Shown here: positions 40,925 through 52,483 of the stretch, piece by piece
Numbering within the stretch: the first letter of the stretch is position 1
Layout: each line of letters starts with the position of its first letter
Source: Amoeboaphelidium protococcarum X5
Taxonomy: Eukaryota; Fungi; Aphelidiomycota
Length of the DNA stretch: 64,000 nt
Reading direction: 5' to 3'
Assembly (NCBI GenBank): GCA_023515725.1
Contig: JALDTO010000207.1
Location: forward strand, 68,908-132,907
Translations under genes and position numbers: made by a program
The notes under the pieces: generated by a model
What the model saw: the letters and a program-made list of their open reading frames with translations, nothing else
Told to the model about the DNA's origin: nothing
Database searches by the model: none

Positions 40925-41551
40925 TTTTATTATTTAGAGTGATATATGTTTTGTTGAAGATATTTATATAACAAAAGAAGAAAGGGATAGAGATGATGAA
41001 CAGCTTAAGAGCATTAGAGCAGGTATTGTATTTTTAGTAACATCTCATTCTAAATGCGGAGCAACTGATGCTAAAACGAGAGCATCTACTTACGTGTGAT
41101 CTATTAATAGACAAGATATTGATCAATGTTGAGTATAGAGAAGTATAGAGAAATAAGATGGAAAGTCGTGATGGAATAATATAGTCTTGTCTTGCAAATA
41201 TAGAGTCAAATGGCAAGAATACGCTGAATGTCTTGAAATAAAGAGTCACTAAGTCCAATATGCCTAAAAAGTCAAGAGTCCTCCTAAGACAAAAGCCGAT
41301 ATTTAATAATAGTGTTGATAAAAGCACGTAATGCTTGACCAAATTAAGTCACTTGGAGAGCTGAAACAAAGACCTTGGTAGAACATTATCGACATTGACG
41401 CGCATTTCAATTTATGGCTTGTCCGCAAAGGGGCGATCGCTGATCAGAAAGATCACCATGTAGAAACGGATAGAAACTTGGCGAAAGTGTTTATGAATAA
41501 AGTCCTTCCTCTTTGAAATAATCTCATTCACACCAAGAATAAACGTATGAA

Positions 41552-43162
41552 ATGGAAATAGTGGCAAATTAAGTTTACAAAAAGATAATCACATTGGCTA
41601 AATCTGATAAAGCGCCTCAGCCAGGTGATGAAGTACGCGTGCTGTACGTTGGTAAATTAGAGGGCAGTGAAGAGGTGTTTGATTCCAGCTAGAACCGTGA
41701 TTCTCCATTCAAATTCACTCTGGGCACAAAGCAAGTCATTCAAGGATGGGAGGAGGCAGTGGCCACAATGAAGGTGGGAGAGAAGAGCCAATTTACTATC
41801 AAGCCCGATTATGGATATGGCGCGAATGGTGCTCCGCCTACCATTCCGGGTAATGCGACTTTAGTGTTTGATATCGAGTTACTCGGCTTCAGAGGTGCTA
41901 ATGATCTTACTGATGATGGGCAAGTAAAGCTAGTGATTACAGAAAAGTGTAACGATGAATGGCGACATGCACGCGATGGGTGGGAGAGCAAATTATTGTT
42001 AGATGGAGGCGCGGAGAAGGTTGTCAAAGTCAATGATGAGTTGTAGCCTCTAGGTGAATAGAAAGAAGCTTACTTGTGGTCTCTGGTGGCGAAAAAGTTG
42101 AAACGCGGTGAGTAAGCACAGTTGATTATTGAGGCTGGATACATTAATGAGGGATAGGAAGCACTTAACATATAGGTTGAATGCTTGCAGATTGTGGAAA
42201 TTGATGATGTATTAGAGTCTGAGTTTGATGGTCAGTATAAAAATCTAGTTTATCGAAAGATTTTGCAGGAAGGTGACAAGTATGACCGTCCAAAGGAAGG
42301 GCACAGTGCTACTCTCTAATTGACTGCCTTTGCTGTTAAGTCTGATGGCGTTGAAGAGGTTGAGTTGTATCGCGATGATGCTCCTCGTTCAGTGCAATTG
42401 GGTAGTGGCCAGTTACCAGAAGCTGTAGAGTTTGCGTTGTTGAAGATGAAGCGTGGTGAATTGGCTGAAGTAACTTCTCCACTCTCTTTTGGGTGGGGCA
42501 CATCGCAGTTGAAAGATTCCATTTAAATTCCAAGTGACGCGTTGACTTTAAAGTTTATGGTGTAACTTGTTGATTTTGAAGAGGAGAAGAATCTGTGGAA
42601 GATGGAAGCTGCTGATAAAATTGAGCATGCTACTTTATTAAAGAATTATGGTAATCATCAGTTTAAAGATGGAAAGTTTCGACTTGCTGTGAAGTATTAC
42701 TCCAAAGTGCTTGACGTGTTGAAGGCGGATAAGAAAAAGCTGGAGGAGGACTCTGCAGTGAAAGATATAGTTGTGGCTCTGCAATAATCTGTCCATCTGA
42801 ACCTGGCTGCTTGCTATCTGAAGTTTGAAGATTATTTGCAGGTGATTGAGAAATGTGAAAATGCTTTGAAGTTGAATTTAGATCCTGCACAGCGTTGTAA
42901 AGCTCTGTACAGACGCGCTCAGGCGTATTTTATGCGATAAGAGTATGATGAGGCTCGTCGTGACTGTATGACGATCTTGAAAGTGGATGCAGAGAACATT
43001 GACGGCAAGCGCTTGCTAAGCAATGTGAACTTGAAGATGAAAGCCCTGATAAGTAAGCAGAGAGCCGTGTTTGGCAACTTATTTAAGAAGGTGAGTTTGA
43101 CTGACGATACTGAAGTTGTTAAATCGGACAAGGAGAATTATTTCGGAGTTGTTGGATAATGA
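41552..43162 (+). CDS. Multi-domain FKBP-type PPIase with TPR domain (FKBP4/5- or ROF1-like, 536 aa)
   Basis: [51 protein letters not shown], further degenerate FKBP domains, [31 protein letters not shown]. Confidence 0.92.
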
Positions 43163-43280
43163 ATCAGTTTTGGATTTGTATCCTCTTTATTGTCTACACG
43201 TTTAAATCAAGTTTTAACTCTTAAACTGCTTTATTTTTGAGTATCTTTTTCACTTCTACGATCTCTCCTAGAGTCCCTAT

Positions 43281-43934
43281 ATGATGACTTTAACTGCTAC
43301 AGCATTGAAAAACCTGACGGTTAAGCCCAGCGTGGCGCGTGCTGCTTTCGTTGCAAAATCAGCCAACATCATTGGCAATGTCAGTCTTGCTAAAGATTCA
43401 AGTGTCTACTACAATGCTGTAATTCGCGGTGACATTAATCATATTTCAATTGGTGAGCGATCTAACGTTCAAGACAATGTTTGTATTCACGTAAATAGAA
43501 TATCTGTGTTATACAACTTATCATATTCAATATAACCATAGTGTAGGTGACTAGAAAGTATCCAGCTGTCGTGGGTGAGGGGGTCTCAATTGGCCACTCA
43601 GCAGTGCTTCATGGATGCAGAATCGGAGATGACTGCCTTATTGGTATGGGCGCAGTGGTGTTGGATGGCGTTTAAATAGGAAGTTAAAGGTAATAAATGT
43701 TTTACAGTAACAATCATGGCTTATCGGAGCATATATACTTGTAGTTTAGTAGCAGCAAATTCAACGGTGGCTATGAACAAGACGTTCCCAGAGAGGTCTT
43801 TGATCATGGGAAGTCCTGCAAAATTGATTCGACAACTCAATGAGGAAGAGCTGGCTGAAATTAAAGACAATGCTGCCCGATACGTGGAGTACTCTGCACA
43901 TCACGCTTTATTGTAGCAGAATGAACAGTCTTGA
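43281..43934 (+). CDS. Gamma-class carbonic anhydrase-like (YrdA/CaiE-type) hexapeptide-repeat protein, 2 introns
   Basis: [55 protein letters not shown]. Three Zn-ligand His present. Introns 43491-43546 and 43690-43744. Confidence 0.9.
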
Positions 43935-44080
43935 TTTAAATTTTGAAATCGGTTGGTGGAATCATCATATTTGATGCAGTCTGATTCCCACCTTTTCCTT
44001 TTGTTTCAACTTTTGCTCATAAACAGAATACTAAAGGTAAAGTGCAGTAAAGTTCCAATACCCGTAAGCACCTGAATATT

Positions 44081-44477
44081 ATGCCAACGGTGAATAATTC
44101 TACATCTAAGTCTGGCGGTAGTAATACTGCATAAAATAAAGCAAAGCAAACTAAGGTTGATGATGATTGGGGAGATGAAGGCGATGCAAGTTAGAGCCAA
44201 GGCAATCTGCCGAGTTACATAGGAGTGTTCATTGTGACGAGCGATTATATTCCAACATCAAACAAGCATCTAACATTATTCAGGGATGAGCTGGTATACG
44301 TTTATAAAAAGTCTTCCGACATTGAGCCTGGATTTTGGGAGGTAAGATCATATTTGATAGCTCTTTAGCAAGTATGTTGTATGCTCTTTCCTCTATTCTG
44401 GTCGTTTTTTGTAGGGAGAGTGCAATAATCAGTATGGTCCGTTCCCTCCTGATCATGTCACTGAGCATAAAATTTGA
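44081..44477 (+). CDS. Small SH3-domain protein (~107 aa), 1 intron
   Basis: VFIVTSDYIPTSNKHLTLFRDELVYVY..GFWE|GECNNQYGPFPPDHV. Intron 44342-44414 (GTAAGA..TTGTAG). Missed by the ORF track. Confidence 0.75.
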
Positions 44478-44632
44478 TAGTGGTGGTGACTTAATTTTGA
44501 AAGAGACATGAATACTGAGAAATTACGCAGAGAAATTTAGATGATGATTATATTTTAGTGATTACAGTAAAGAGCGACTTTCTGTTTCCATGTGTTGGCT
44601 TCCCTTTCCTTTGCGGGCACCAATCTCCTGGG

Positions 44633-44664
44633 TGAAACTGTTTCAGAATATAAAAGGCTGAAAC
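44633..44664 (+). promoter_or_regulatory. TGAAAC-N-GTTTCA palindrome, TATA box and an extra TGAAAC
   Basis: TGAAACTGTTTCA at 44633-44645, TATAAAA at 44649-44655, TGAAAC at 44659-44664, upstream of ATG 44802. Confidence 0.55.
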
Positions 44665-44801
44665 GATGACGCGTTCACAGTTCATCAAAACAAATTTCCA
44701 TAACAAAAGGTGTAACGTCACCCGCTCTGTTTAGTTTAACTCTTTGTTCAAGTAAGTTGCAAGAATTTATATATCCATTTAACTTTGTAATAATAATAGC
44801 C

Positions 44802-45725
44802 ATGCAAAAGTTACTGATTGCAAGTGCCATGGTATTTGGTCTGATATCCGCTCAGAATCCTGGGAACCAATCTGATGCTGAGCTGGTGGACAGATTCTGT
44901 GATGACAAGCCTGTTGGCCTCTACTGTTCCCCTGTGTCTATCTTCTAGAAGATTGAGTGTCCTAGAAAGACCATCTTCACTTGTCCTAAAGCTCCGTTTG
45001 AGTTCTGCCAAGAGCGTGGTATTAAGCGCACGTCCGGGTACCGTGCTGGTATTGCTCGCTGTGTTCCTAATGTTGGTAATGCCTCTATCGTTGCCTACTG
45101 TGCTAATAAGGCGCCTGGCTCGTACTGTTTCGGTGATAGATTGAACAATGTTCGTATCGAGTGTCCTCTGGGCCTGCTGTACAAGTGCGAGAATGATCCT
45201 GTACCGAACAGAGGTAAGAAGTGTGAACAATTGACGCCTACTGTCGCCGTTTGCTCATTCAACAACAGTACTGGCGGTGGGTCTGGTAGCGGAACTACTC
45301 TATGTCCACCTGTCTATATCACTGTGATTCGCTCCTCCACAACCTTCTCGAGCGGTACTACTTCAATTAACACTGGAACGCTGTTCCCTATCACCTCACC
45401 TATTACATCACCAACAACAACTTCGTCTTTAGCTACTGAAACTAGTTCGTCAACCTCTACTGGCGACTATAGTCTATCTACTATTGTCAGAACGACAGTG
45501 GCTACTGAGACTTAGACTGGTGTAACGACTCTGTATCCAAGTGACTCCCTGTCCCTTATCACTTCAACTCTGGCCACTACTCTAACAGATACCACCGTGT
45601 TCTTCTCAACCATCACTACCGGAGTGGAAGAGACTGTCGTTGCAGGTGCAAATGATGATGGAGTGGTTTCCGTCACGTACGTTGTCCCGACTGATACTCC
45701 AAGCAGCAGCAGAGCCATAGTATGA
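44802..45725 (+). CDS. Secreted protein with two 6-Cys repeats and a Ser/Thr-rich mucin-like stalk
   Basis: Signal peptide; FCDDKPVGLYC..IECP..TCP..FC..ARC and YCANKAPGSYC..IECP..KC..KC..AVC; long S/T tract. The exact 3' end is uncertain because an alternative frame stays open to about 45774. Confidence 0.8.
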
Positions 45726-45961
45726 GGCCCTGAATACTGGTGAAGATGGTGCTGTTGTCACCAATACTATTTGATTTTGCATTGTTATCATGTCTAGGTG
45801 CTGGTAGTAAAATTTTGTCTTCATATGTGATATGTTTTTAAATGAATGAAGTGGATGAAGAATTGATATTTATTTTTCAACTGCTACAATAATTTCGTAT
45901 CTACCTTATTAAATCAAATGATAAAGATATAGATAATGAATCTTTAATATCAATAACTCAA

Positions 45962-47353
45962 TCAATCAATGACTATCATTGAATCGCGTGAAGGACCTAC
46001 GCCAATCCACTTTACAGGCACACCAAGAAGTGTCTCAATTCTGCGGACATAATCTTGAGCATTTTTTGGTAACTCTGAAAACTTGCGACACTTTGAAATA
46101 TCCTACTTCCAGCCTGGTAAAGTCTCATACACCACTTCAATGTTATCGAGTACATGCAAATCGGACGGAAAAGATTATAATAGTTGACCATTATGCTTAT
46201 ATGCAACGCCAATTTTCACCTCATTTAACTGATCTAGAACGTCCAGTTTAGTGAGATTAATACAAGTGTAATGATTAATCATGTGCGAATACTTGAGCAC
46301 CACCATATCCAACCAACCGCATCTTCTCTTACGCCCGGTGGTCACACCATACTCGGCGCCAACATTCTACAAGTGCTCACCCACGGCGTTCAACTGCTCT
46401 GTAGCAAATGGACCACCGCCAACACGCGTAGTGTATGCCTTTACTACACCAATGACATCGCCAACCCAGTGTGGTGATATGCCTAGACCGGTGCAAACAC
46501 CACCGACACAAGCATTAGAGGAAGTTACAAACGGATAAGTACCAAAGTCAAGATCTAACATCAGTGCGTTGGCTCCTTCTATCAATAAGGTCTTACCAGT
46601 CTGACTAATCTACTGATTCATAAAGTACACGGTATCACACACAAATGGAAGCATCCGCTCGGCATAGTCTTTATATCTCTGCAATTCCTGATCAATATCA
46701 TACTCAAAGTGACCATATCTTTTCCATCGATTCTTGACAATAGTGCTGAACTTGACACAGAATTCAGTCTATTTCCACGTTTCAATGCTTGTATCACCAC
46801 CCATTCTCCACTATTCATACGAGCGTACTAGATGATGAAGCCTCAAGCCGCTTCTACTAGCCTTGGAACTATAAGCCGGACCAATCCCCTTCTTGGTAGT
46901 GCCAATATTCTTGCCACCCAACTCAACCTCCTTCAACCCATCCACAATCTGGTGAAAGTCAAACACCAGATGTGCACGCTCACTAACGTATAAACGACCC
47001 TGTACACTGATTCCACCATCGATGAGCTTCTACAATTCATCAAAGAAGGATGGAATATGAACGACGACTCCATTTCCGATAACATTAATTGCACTCGGGG
47101 ACACTAGACCGGAAGGTATTAAGTGAAAGTCGTACTTTTTCCCGCTCTCAGTAACAATAGTATGTCCGGCATTGTTACCACCTTATGCTCTAGCAACCAC
47201 ATCCGCCTTCTATGCCAAGATATCAACCAGCTTTCCCTACAATAAATAACAATCGCTTTAATTTAAAATTCAAATTTCATTTAAATACAACTCCGATATT
47301 ACCTTTCCCTCATCGCCCCACTAGGAACCCAGAACTACAGTGACTTTAGACAT
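45962..47353 (-). CDS. ADE12: Adenylosuccinate synthetase, 1 intron
   Basis: GS-[TAG]-WGDEGK|GK, RA-[TAA]-[52 protein letters not shown]. Intron 47237-47302. Confidence 0.97.
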
Positions 47354-47648
47354 CTCCGCTGATATACAAAAACCTCTTTGCCTCTATCTGGTTGTATAAG
47401 CGATTGATATTGGTAAGAAAGTACCACAGAAGAACAGCGCGTGCGTCCCTATTAAAGTCTCAGCCAGCGGAATTCAAAGAGCGGACACTGAAGAGGACGC
47501 GTCTCCGAGAATGAATTTGGTAAAGTAGGAGCTCTCCAGCAAAACGGATCGCGCTCCACTGAAAACGCGTCAAATCTAAGCAACTATTCTATCTGTTGAC
47601 CAATTTCTAGTGCATCTGATAAAATAGGAATACTGATAAGATAACATA

Positions 47649-48098
47649 ATGGGAAAAGACGATATTGAGGTGGAAATTAATATGGCCAATATGGTGCCAA
47701 TTGCACATCCTTTCGCTGACTAAAAACTCACGAAAAAGCTTTTCAAAGTGGTAAAAAAGGCCACAAAGGCTAAGCATGTCAAGAGAGGCGTGAAAGAAGT
47801 TGTCAAGGCAATCAGAAAGGGCGAGAAGGGTGTCGTCTGTATCGCTGGTGATGTCAGTCCTGTTGACGTGATCAGTCACTTGCCACTGCTCTGCGAAGAT
47901 GCTGATATTCCATATTGCTATGTATACTCAAAATCCGCGCTCGGTGCAGCTGGACTGAGCAAGAAATCTACATCAGTCATTATGGTGGCGGAGAAGTCAA
48001 AAGCTGGCACTGATTACGAGGAGTATTATGATAGTTGCGTTAAAGCTATCAAAGCTATGCCTATTTTGCCTTCTCACCTAGCTGCTGCATAGATTTGA
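47649..48098 (+). CDS. NHP2: H/ACA snoRNP subunit Nhp2 (L7Ae family)
   Basis: PIAHPFAD, KRGVKEVVKAIRKGEKG, IAGDVSPVDVISHLPLLCED. Confidence 0.93.
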
Positions 48099-48387
48099 TT
48101 TCACAAGCGTATTTGTGATCATGGTATGATACGGTAGAAATTTGCTAATATATATTCTTTGATTATTATCTAGAGTACTAAAGAGTGTATATTTACTCGC
48201 ATATTTTTTCGGCCTTATTGGCAACTATTACTTACCATCTTACTCCTCCTTCGTTTAGAATCAGCATAGCAACGGAGTCGACTTGATCTACAATTAGCTT
48301 CACTGCCACAATCACACCCAACTTTTATTTCAACTCTATCACAAAGATAGACTAAACAGGTGATCATAATAATCTTTTAGTTTCATA

Positions 48388-49773
48388 ATGTCATCTCTGA
48401 ATAAGTCAATCAACAGAGGTATTAAACATGCCTTCAGTCTCACTGACATTATGAGCGAGTCTATGCAGTCCATCATGATTCAGCAGCAGCAGCAGTAGTA
48501 GTAGTAGCAATAGTAAAACAACGGCACTCAGTCGGTAACAAAAGGGGGAGATGCAATGGACACTGCTGATGATGGGCTATAGGCGAATGGACACTTGGAT
48601 GCTAGTTTGTCTCCAGGCAGAAGAGGAAGTACCACCTAAACATCTCCATAAAGTAGCAGTGGTAATAATAATGGTTCAAAGGCTTCTAATAACCATCATT
48701 AGAGTTAAAAGTGTGCTGTGTTTTGGGACTATGAGAACTGTCCACCCCCTTAGGGAATGCCTGGGTACGTTGTTGTCGATAACTTGAGACAGGTTATCCA
48801 TCACTTTGGACACATTGTTCAGTTCAAGGCTTACCTGGAGATTAATGACGTTAAATAATCCTCTGCTTAACAGTACTCTGATAATTACAAGCGATTGCTT
48901 AGATCTGAACTCTAGTCGTCCGGCGTTAGTCTGACTGATGTCCCTCACAATGGTCAGAAGGATGCCGTGGATAAAATGGTGATGATTGACATGATGGCCT
49001 TTGCTTTAGATCATCCACAGTCTACGATTGTGCTGATTTCAGGTGATAAAGACTTTGTGTATGCTCTATCAGTGCTAAGAAATAGGAAGTTCACTATTGT
49101 ACTGATCGTTCCTAACCAAGGTGCGCACATCATCCTGAAGAGTCAGGCAAATGCAGTCCTAGAGTGGAAGTATGACGTGTTGAATATGGATGTGTGGAAT
49201 ATTTAGCAACAACAAATCATCAACGAGAGTAATACATCGTACTAGAAAGTAGCATCTTTGAATTCAGAGAGTTCAAACTATGCCTCCATGCCGGCAAGCA
49301 ATGTTGTGTCTCCGTAGAATAAGCAGTAAGTGAACGCGATTAACAAGTAATCTGAGGCTGTTAAACCAACCTTGGCTAAATAGCCTGCAAGTTCTCCATC
49401 TCTGAGAGTCCGTACAGAATCGTCTCCTGTTGCGCCGGATGTTAACACTAAGGCTAAATCTAAAGTGCAAGCCCAGATTGAACAAGAATACGCCGGACCA
49501 GTATTTTCACCAATGGCACCTGGTTTCTTTGACTTGCTGATTGAGATTCTAGAAAAGGCTAGACTTGCGGGAGAGCCAAAGCCGCGTAGATCTCGTGTTG
49601 GCAGTGAGTTGACGCGTAGAAATCCTCTGTTGTATCACCGAGTTGGCTGTTCTAATTTCAAAGAGTATATTGAACTTGCTGTCACTGAAGGTATTGTGAC
49701 TGTGGGTGGTGAAAAAGGTTTAGCTTGGATTTAGCTTAATGACGATCATAAAGACAAGCTTTACGCGTAATGA
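48388..49773 (+). CDS. NYN-domain putative ribonuclease (MARF1/limkain-b1-like) with a C-terminal OST-HTH/LOTUS-like domain (461 aa)
   Basis: VFWDYENC, KDAVDKM, LISGDKDF; C-terminal RSRVGSEL..FKEYIELA..GIV. PolyQ tract encoded by mixed CAG/TAG/CAA/TAA. Confidence 0.85.
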
Positions 49774-49836
49774 TAATAATGATGAAGAATGTTAATCTAT
49801 TTTGATTACAATATAAAACTGTTTAATGATACATGC

Positions 49837-50554
49837 TCAGGGGAATTTTACACCAGTTTCCGTGACATCTCCATTACCAGATTTTAGAATTTGCACTTTA
49901 CCTTTCCGATCTAATACTTATAGAACCATGATCATCAAATTGGGATCCATACCATAAAATTCTACATGGTAATTGTTAAAGCAAAATTATTGATATTCAA
50001 AGTGTTTATTCAATATCTACCTTCCATGGTTGTCTCATCACCCTGCGTGAGCTCGTAAATAGTAAGAATTTATCCTTGCATGTGTCCATCAGACGCCTAC
50101 AGACATTATGAAACTAGTTATACCATTTAACGTATTGTAATTGCGAATAGATAGTGACAAAATTTACCCATTTGAGTATATATTCTGCCCACTCATCGAC
50201 AGACTTCCAGAGCACGAAGACAGAGCTAATCTTGTCGGAGCAATCAATCTGAAACTTGCCAGCGTCCATTAGATGTTTATACAGTGCATTGATCAGATCT
50301 GTAGATGCCTTTCGCTGTATATTGGGATTGGTAAATATTTCAAGTCCATTGTACTGATTAAGAGTCAACTTGAATCGCTTCTAATCTTTGAGATGGTTCA
50401 TCAGCAGATTGGTCCATGCATCTCTCTACTTGATCCACGTCTATGGCGTAGGCTGTTTACTACACAAATTAAATTTATCGATGTTATAACAGCTGAAATC
50501 CAAGAAGTATTACGTAAAGAATGGTGGGAAACTGTATATTGCAGGAAGTTCCAT
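49837..50554 (-). CDS. VPS25: ESCRT-II subunit Vps25, 3 introns
   Basis: YSFPPFFT|KQP, IFTNPNIQRK, WKSVDEWAEYILKW, TIYEL..EFYGMD, GVKF. Introns 50460-50513, 50097-50167 and 49962-50020. Confidence 0.92.
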
Positions 50555-51291
50555 GTCGAGATGATGCGTATATCGAAAAGTTAACAGAAATTCTATCAAT
50601 ACGAATTCAAAACTTCAGAACGCGTTAGTTTTGATCTGCCAGTTAGGCGTCTCTTCTGAAAACAGTAGACTTTGGAATGCTAACAATTTTCATTGTATAG
50701 ATTCTATTGGACCTATGTACCAGACCCGTATACCACCCAAGTACACCCGTAAAAGTCGATAAATACTCTGGGACTGATAAAACAAGAGTTATACCTATGC
50801 AAAAAGAAATTAGAAAGACACGATAAAAAGTAATAAGTGAATATGTTTGATAATCACCAAAAACGGAGATCCTGAATGCTAGCCATTGCCCATTAAGAGA
50901 CAGAATTTGTTGAAACTGATTCAATCTCAATGGGAATCAACCGAGTTCAGGGTCATGGAAGAGGCGCGCGCGAGTCGTTCATTTGGCGATTCAAGTGACG
51001 AAACATCCAGTCCAGTAGCAGAACAGAACAGAAAGAGCTAACCGAAATCGCGTGAAAAATTTCAATCGGCATCGGGAAACGGGAACGAGCGATGAACTGA
51101 ACTGAACTGAAGAGAGCCGAAGAGGTACAACGACGTCGAGAGAGATATTTGCGCTGACGACGGCTGCCGTTGATTTTCTTCGTTTGTCTTTGTACTTGTT
51201 GGATCGATCGATAAACTTTACTCTTATTATCTTCTGTATTTGACGGACAGAGAGTCGACGTTATACTTTAACTAAATAAACTAAAAGCACT

Positions 51292-52319
51292 ATGGGTGAA
51301 GGAAAGAAAGTTGCTGATAAGTCCAAGAAGGGCGATGACAAGGGACCATACGGTTTCTTGGCTGATTTTTTACTGGGTGGTGTGTCTGCTGGTATCTCAA
51401 AGACTGCCGCTAGTCCAATCGGTATGATTTACTTGATTATAGGTTGATCTAATGTCTATTATTCATTCATTTTTGTTGTTGTGTAGAGCGTGTTAAGCTT
51501 CTGATCCAGAACTAGGATGAGATGATCAAGCAGGGTCGTCTTGCTGAGCCTTACAAGGGCATTGGTGACTGCTTCCGTCGTACCATCAAGGATGAAGGTT
51601 TTATCTCCATGTGGCGTGGTAACTCTGCCAATGTCATCCGTTACTTCCCTACCCAGGCTTTGAACTTTGCATTCAAGGACTACTTCAAGAAGATGTTCAA
51701 TGCTAAGAAGGAGAAGGGATACTGGACCTGGTTCGCTGCCAACTTGGCTAGTGGTGGTGCTGCTGGTGCAAGTTCCCTGGCTTTCGTCTACTCTCTGGAT
51801 TATGCACGTACCCGTCTGGCTAATGATGCCAAGTCTGCAAAAAAGGGTGGTGAGCGTCAGTTTAACGGTCTGATTGATGTCTACCGTAAGACTATGGCCT
51901 CTGATGGTATTGCCGGCCTGTACCGTGGTTTCGTCATCTCCAGTGTTGGTATTATTGTGTACCGTGGTCTGTACTTTGGTATGTACGACTCATTGAAGCC
52001 TGCTCTGCCTGCTCAGTACCGTGACAACTTCTTGGCCAACTTTGCTCTTGGTTGGGGTGTTACCACTGGTGCCGGTCTGGCCAGTTACCCAATTGACACT
52101 GTCCGTCGTCGTATGATGATGACCAGTGGTGCTGCTGTCAAGTACAGAAACTCTATGCACGCTTTCAGTGAGATTGTCGCCAAAGAGGGTGTCAAGTCTC
52201 TCTTCAAGGGTGCAGGTGCTAACATCTTGCGTGCTATTGCCGGTGCTGGTGTCCTGTCTGGTTATGACCAGTTGCAGCTCATCTTCTTCGGTAAGACTTA
52301 CGGTGGTGGCAGTGCTTGA
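51292..52319 (+). CDS. AAC: Mitochondrial ADP/ATP carrier, 1 intron
   Basis: SKTAASPI|ERVKLLIQN-[TAG]-[31 protein letters not shown] signature. Intron 51422-51486. Confidence 0.97.
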
Positions 52320-52483
52320 GCGTAGTATTCAATCACATGATATCTTAAGGGAAATAAAGTTGAAAATTATACTTTCGATTGGTTTTAAATCTTTTTTAAC
52401 CTTCTGCAACTACTTTACTATTAGTCATCTTCTGACTTATAATCCTAGACACCAAAGCACTTAACCAGGCATACTGAATATAC

